Shown: positions 61,409 through 64,000 of the stretch, piece by piece | How positions within the stretch are numbered: the stretch's first letter is position 1 | Layout of the letters: every line of letters starts with the position of its first letter | Virus record (IMG/VR): IMGVR_UViG_3300006162_000011 | Source of the DNA: a virus | Direction: 5' to 3' (one strand) | Length of the DNA stretch: 64,000 bases | The notes under the pieces: generated by a model | The model's input: the letters and a program-made list of their open reading frames with translations, nothing else | Told to the model about the DNA's origin: nothing | Database searches by the model: none | Program-made: the position numbers and the translations under genes

Positions 61409-61855
61409 TTATCTTTCTTTCTTCGGCTTCCCGATCAGCACGAAACTGCTCTCCTCGCCAATCTCGTAACTCGCCGCGATCGTGTCCGGCTTCACGCCAT
61501 TCGCCATCAGTTTCTCGGCGCTTAATTTCCTCGACCCCGATCGCGTCACGTACTGCACGGGGTAGTTCTCGTACATGACTTCAGTCTTGTCGGCAAGCAG
61601 GAGTCCTCCCGCCAGGTGCGTCTGAATGTCCTTGCGAATGCGTTCCCGATACTCGATTTCGGATTTCAGCTTCAGGCTCAACTCGACCATCTCGCCGAAG
61701 TTGAGACGCTTCTTGCCGTCTTTGAGATCGACTTCTTCGCGGAATTTCTTGGGGGAGAGTTCCGCTACCGATTCCCAGTCGGGGGCGGGAGCGGCGGCCG
61801 CTAACTCGGCAGCTAATTGTGTGCGTTGTGATTTGGTTAAACTGTTCGTGCTCAT
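61409..61855 (-). CDS. hypothetical protein
   Basis: 148-aa ORF. The stop is close to the next gene and the start overlaps the upstream gene by 4 nt. Confidence 0.6.
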   Translation of the reverse strand: MSTNSLTKSQRTQLAAELAAAAPAPDWESVAELSPKKFREEVDLKDGKKRLNFGEMVELSLKLKSEIEYRERIRKDIQTHLAGGLLLADKTEVMYENYPVQYVTRSGSRKLSAEKLMANGVKPDTIAASYEIGEESSFVLIGKPKKER

Positions 61856-62124
61856 CGTCGATTCTCCTTTAAGGTCACGATTCTAAGATTACTGGGGTCG
61901 TTGTTACACGGGTCGCCGTCGATATGATCGACGAACCGATTTCTCCGCGGATTCGTTGTCGGTTTCGTGGTCAACTCGATTAGGTCTTTGCAGACCAAAA
62001 TTATTTCGCACGCTCGGCGCTCGGGAGTCTGGCGTAGACAGTCGTTTTTGATGAACGGGTACTGACCCGCCAGATAGAAAGAAACTCGACCGAGCAACTC
62101 TTGCGGATCAATCCGTGTGGTCAT
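61852..62124 (-). CDS. small HNH-motif protein
   Basis: ATG 62124 after GAGGAG. C-terminus 'FVDHIDGDPCNNDPSNLRIVTLKEN'. Confidence 0.5.
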   Translation of the reverse strand: MTTRIDPQELLGRVSFYLAGQYPFIKNDCLRQTPERRACEIILVCKDLIELTTKPTTNPRRNRFVDHIDGDPCNNDPSNLRIVTLKENRR

Positions 62125-62459
62125 CACACTAACTCCTCTTCCCGGCTCACCACATCTCCAGCCGGATACATTCTGACTCTGCCATCCACGTAAGCCTCCA
62201 TCACCAGCGTCATCCCCGGCTCCCAACCCGCGGTCTCGATAATCTCACGCGGCACCCCCACGATCAACGACTGCCACCAGCCGTCCTTGACGGGTTTCCC
62301 TTTCCAGATTTTGCGTGCCCGGTACGCGTACCGCAACACGGACTGGCGCATGAGAATCGGACGATCTGGGGTACCACCATCAACCACGTCAGGCGGGAGC
62401 ACGGCTTTCGCTGGACGGCGTAATATTGGCCTCGTGATGTTCTTGCGCCGGTTCGCCAT
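62124..62459 (-). CDS. hypothetical protein, AbrB/SpoVT-like C-terminus (tentative)
   Basis: 'VPREIIETAGWEPGMTLVMEAYVDGRVRMYP'. 111 aa. Confidence 0.5.
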   Translation of the reverse strand: MANRRKNITRPILRRPAKAVLPPDVVDGGTPDRPILMRQSVLRYAYRARKIWKGKPVKDGWWQSLIVGVPREIIETAGWEPGMTLVMEAYVDGRVRMYPAGDVVSREEELV

Positions 62460-62704
62460 TACGACACCGCTCCCGTCTCAACGGTCTCGCTCTCGGCCAT
62501 CCAGCACAGGATTCTCAACATGGTGCCAAAATCGGGCTCGTGGCCCATTTCGATTCGCAGTAGCGTTGAGTACGACACGCCGATACGGGCGCCGGCGTCC
62601 CGTAACGACAAATCCTTGATCATGCGCCACGATTTGAGCACTCGGCCCAAGTTTGTCGTTCGCTGCTGTTGTTTCGTGCTTGCCGCTCTGGTCATAATGT
62701 GCAC
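62459..62704 (-). CDS. XRE-family HTH regulator (start GTG 62704 or ATG 62695)
   Basis: 'LGRVLKSWRMIKDLSLRDAGARIGVSYSTLLRIEMG'. The longer ORF-track form (to 62905) overlaps the upstream gene and was trimmed. Confidence 0.6.
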   Translation of the reverse strand: MHIMTRAASTKQQQRTTNLGRVLKSWRMIKDLSLRDAGARIGVSYSTLLRIEMGHEPDFGTMLRILCWMAESETVETGAVS

Positions 62705-62711
62705 CAAGGGG

Positions 62712-62755
62712 ATAGTAGCGCGAGGGGAATCGTCTGTCAAGAGAAATTTGTATAC
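62712..62755 (-). promoter_or_regulatory. sigma70-like promoter with upstream GTATAC palindrome
   Basis: Minus strand reads GTATACAAATTTCTCTTGACA, with the -35 at 62740-62735. A 17-nt spacer precedes TACTAT (62717-62712), 7 nt before GTG 62704. The 12-mer TTTCTCTTGACA is identical to the 46630-46641 promoter. Confidence 0.5.
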
Positions 62756-62769
62756 AGGATTGAGGACAG

Positions 62770-63414
62770 CTAAAACACTTTGATTTGATCCGGTTCCAGA
62801 TCCAGACCCCACTGATCGCCGTCCATGAACAGGTTCATCTGTGGTTTGTACACGATAGCGTTTATCCGCTTCCACGTGAACCACGTGACGGCCTGTAGTT
62901 GACACGGCACAATCCCCAACTCACCGGCCACTTCGCGGTATCCGTCGGCGATTTTGTGGTAATCGAACTTGGCTCTGACAGCCTGTTTCATCGTCATACG
63001 GCGACCGACCCAGACGCAGTAGGCATGACCGTCAATCGTGACCGGATAATGGTTCGACGGGTCCATGATGTTCTGGTAAAAGTTCCTCGTCTTTAACCCT
63101 TTCGTAAACGACAGGAAATCGTCACCCGATATACACCGTCGTGCTCTCGCCCGACACGCGCCATACCCGGCACCCTTGCCGCCTTCCAACATGTCTTTGA
63201 CAGCACGCAAATTCGTCATGTAAGCGTTATTCGGACTCAGTGCACAGAACATGCCAACGACAGACGATAGGGGTAACCCGTACACGTTGGCGAGCCGATT
63301 TAGCGTGGACCGGTACCGCGGAAACGCCGTCATACCCTCGTCACGGTCTACGCGATCGGCTTGATGCCAGACACGCCGGATATTGTCGAGATTACGGTCG
63401 CGAGTCGCGCTCAT
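62770..63414 (-). CDS. hypothetical protein
   Basis: ATG 63414 overlaps the upstream HNH stop (ATGA). 214 aa. 'ALSPNNAYMTNL...KTRNFYQNI...VTIDGHAYCVW...LQAVTWFTWK'. Confidence 0.6.
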   Translation of the reverse strand: MSATRDRNLDNIRRVWHQADRVDRDEGMTAFPRYRSTLNRLANVYGLPLSSVVGMFCALSPNNAYMTNLRAVKDMLEGGKGAGYGACRARARRCISGDDFLSFTKGLKTRNFYQNIMDPSNHYPVTIDGHAYCVWVGRRMTMKQAVRAKFDYHKIADGYREVAGELGIVPCQLQAVTWFTWKRINAIVYKPQMNLFMDGDQWGLDLEPDQIKVF

Positions 63415-63770
63415 ATCCGGCCTTGTCCTCGCCACCCAGTCCAGCCGCGTAGCATCCACAGCGTTTCCGAATGTCTACGGTCATGGCATACGTCGCAGCG
63501 CACAACACATTTTGCCAATTCCTGTTCTCGACGCTCTCGACACCAGTGCCAGATGTGGCGGTGATCTACCTTTTGGTTCGGATCAATGTGGTCGATTTCG
63601 AGAAAACTCCGTGCGCCACAGTCCATACAGGACTTATCGGCGAGATAATCTTGGCGGCGCGACCGTCTGGCGTCTCGATGCCATCGGCGTACGTAATCGG
63701 CACGGTCTGGTCGTTTCCACTCGGGTACGGGTATAGCCAATGACGCCGGGTTAAACGATACGTCGGCCAT
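63411..63770 (-). CDS. HNH endonuclease (classical HNH)
   Basis: 'CMDCGARSFLEIDHIDPNQKVDHRHIWHW...CVVRCDVCHDRRH'. The ATG shares its A with the upstream polymerase TAA. Confidence 0.8.
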   Translation of the reverse strand: MADVSFNPASLAIPVPEWKRPDRADYVRRWHRDARRSRRQDYLADKSCMDCGARSFLEIDHIDPNQKVDHRHIWHWCRERREQELAKCVVRCDVCHDRRHSETLWMLRGWTGWRGQGRI

Positions 63771-64000
63771 TAGTGGGCCTCGCCCCAAGACGGTCCAAAA
63801 CCACTCTCGGCCTCAATCGGCACAATCAGCTTCGTCGTCGATGTCAGCGCCCACGTCACCGTGGCGTCTACAGCGTCCCTAGTGTCTTTATCGTCTGGCA
63901 ATTGGTGCAAGACTTCATCATGCACGGGCAAGAGAGGCTCGACACCCCGCACGTGTTTCAATACGTCCCACATCGCCATCATCGCGCGCTTCAGGATCGT
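63770..64000 (-). CDS. family A DNA polymerase, C-terminal end (5' part lies beyond the window)
   Basis: '...LLPVHDEVLHQLP' resembles Pol I motif C (VHDE). The frame is open to the window edge. Confidence 0.65.
   Translation of the reverse strand, partial: TILKRAMMAMWDVLKHVRGVEPLLPVHDEVLHQLPDDKDTRDAVDATVTWALTSTTKLIVPIEAESGFGPSWGEAH

Noticed and set aside
1-64000. CRISPR arrays, tRNA/tmRNA/rRNA genes, integrase, att sites or transposases.
   Set aside because: The non-coding gaps are short and show no cloverleaf-like or repeat-spacer structure. No tyrosine or serine recombinase motifs were seen. Absence is judged by eye only; tRNAscan-SE, Infernal and minCED would be decisive.

Overview
GC-rich 64-kb stretch that reads as most of a tailed dsDNA phage genome, or the interior of a prophage. 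It looks podovirus-like, because I recognised no tape-measure, tube or sheath gene. I saw no integrase, att site, tRNA, rRNA or CRISPR array.

Layout, 1 to 53.2 kb (almost all + strand):
- a HerA/FtsK-like ATPase
- a SAM-methyltransferase plus a glycosyltransferase::sulfotransferase fusion
- small (candidate) and large terminase, portal, scaffold candidate and major capsid candidate
- a very large fibre/spike region (1358-aa fibre, 1612-aa beta-helix protein, 1145-aa tail protein, many small fibre genes), interrupted by a lysis cassette with an M15 endolysin
- an RHH / acyl-carrier-protein / GNAT-like operon
- three ejection/internal-virion-like proteins

Layout, 53 to 64 kb (mixed, mostly - strand, early/replication region):
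- a Thg1-like 3'-5' nucleotidyltransferase
- XRE regulators
- a C5 DNA methyltransferase carrying an in-frame TAG
- several HNH nucleases
- the 3' end of a family A DNA polymerase

Most noteworthy observations:
- the ACP-centred operon inside the virion block
- the sulfotransferase fusion
- the Thg1-like gene
- Sec-type signal peptides on the giant fibre proteins
- a very high density of free-standing homing-endonuclease genes
- two adjacent genes with in-frame stop codons
- a recurrent TGTATACA palindrome tied to sigma70-like promoters that appear to drive leaderless mRNAs

All functional calls come from motif recognition by eye and from gene order. No database search was run. Start codons were refined by hand from the ORF track and remain provisional.
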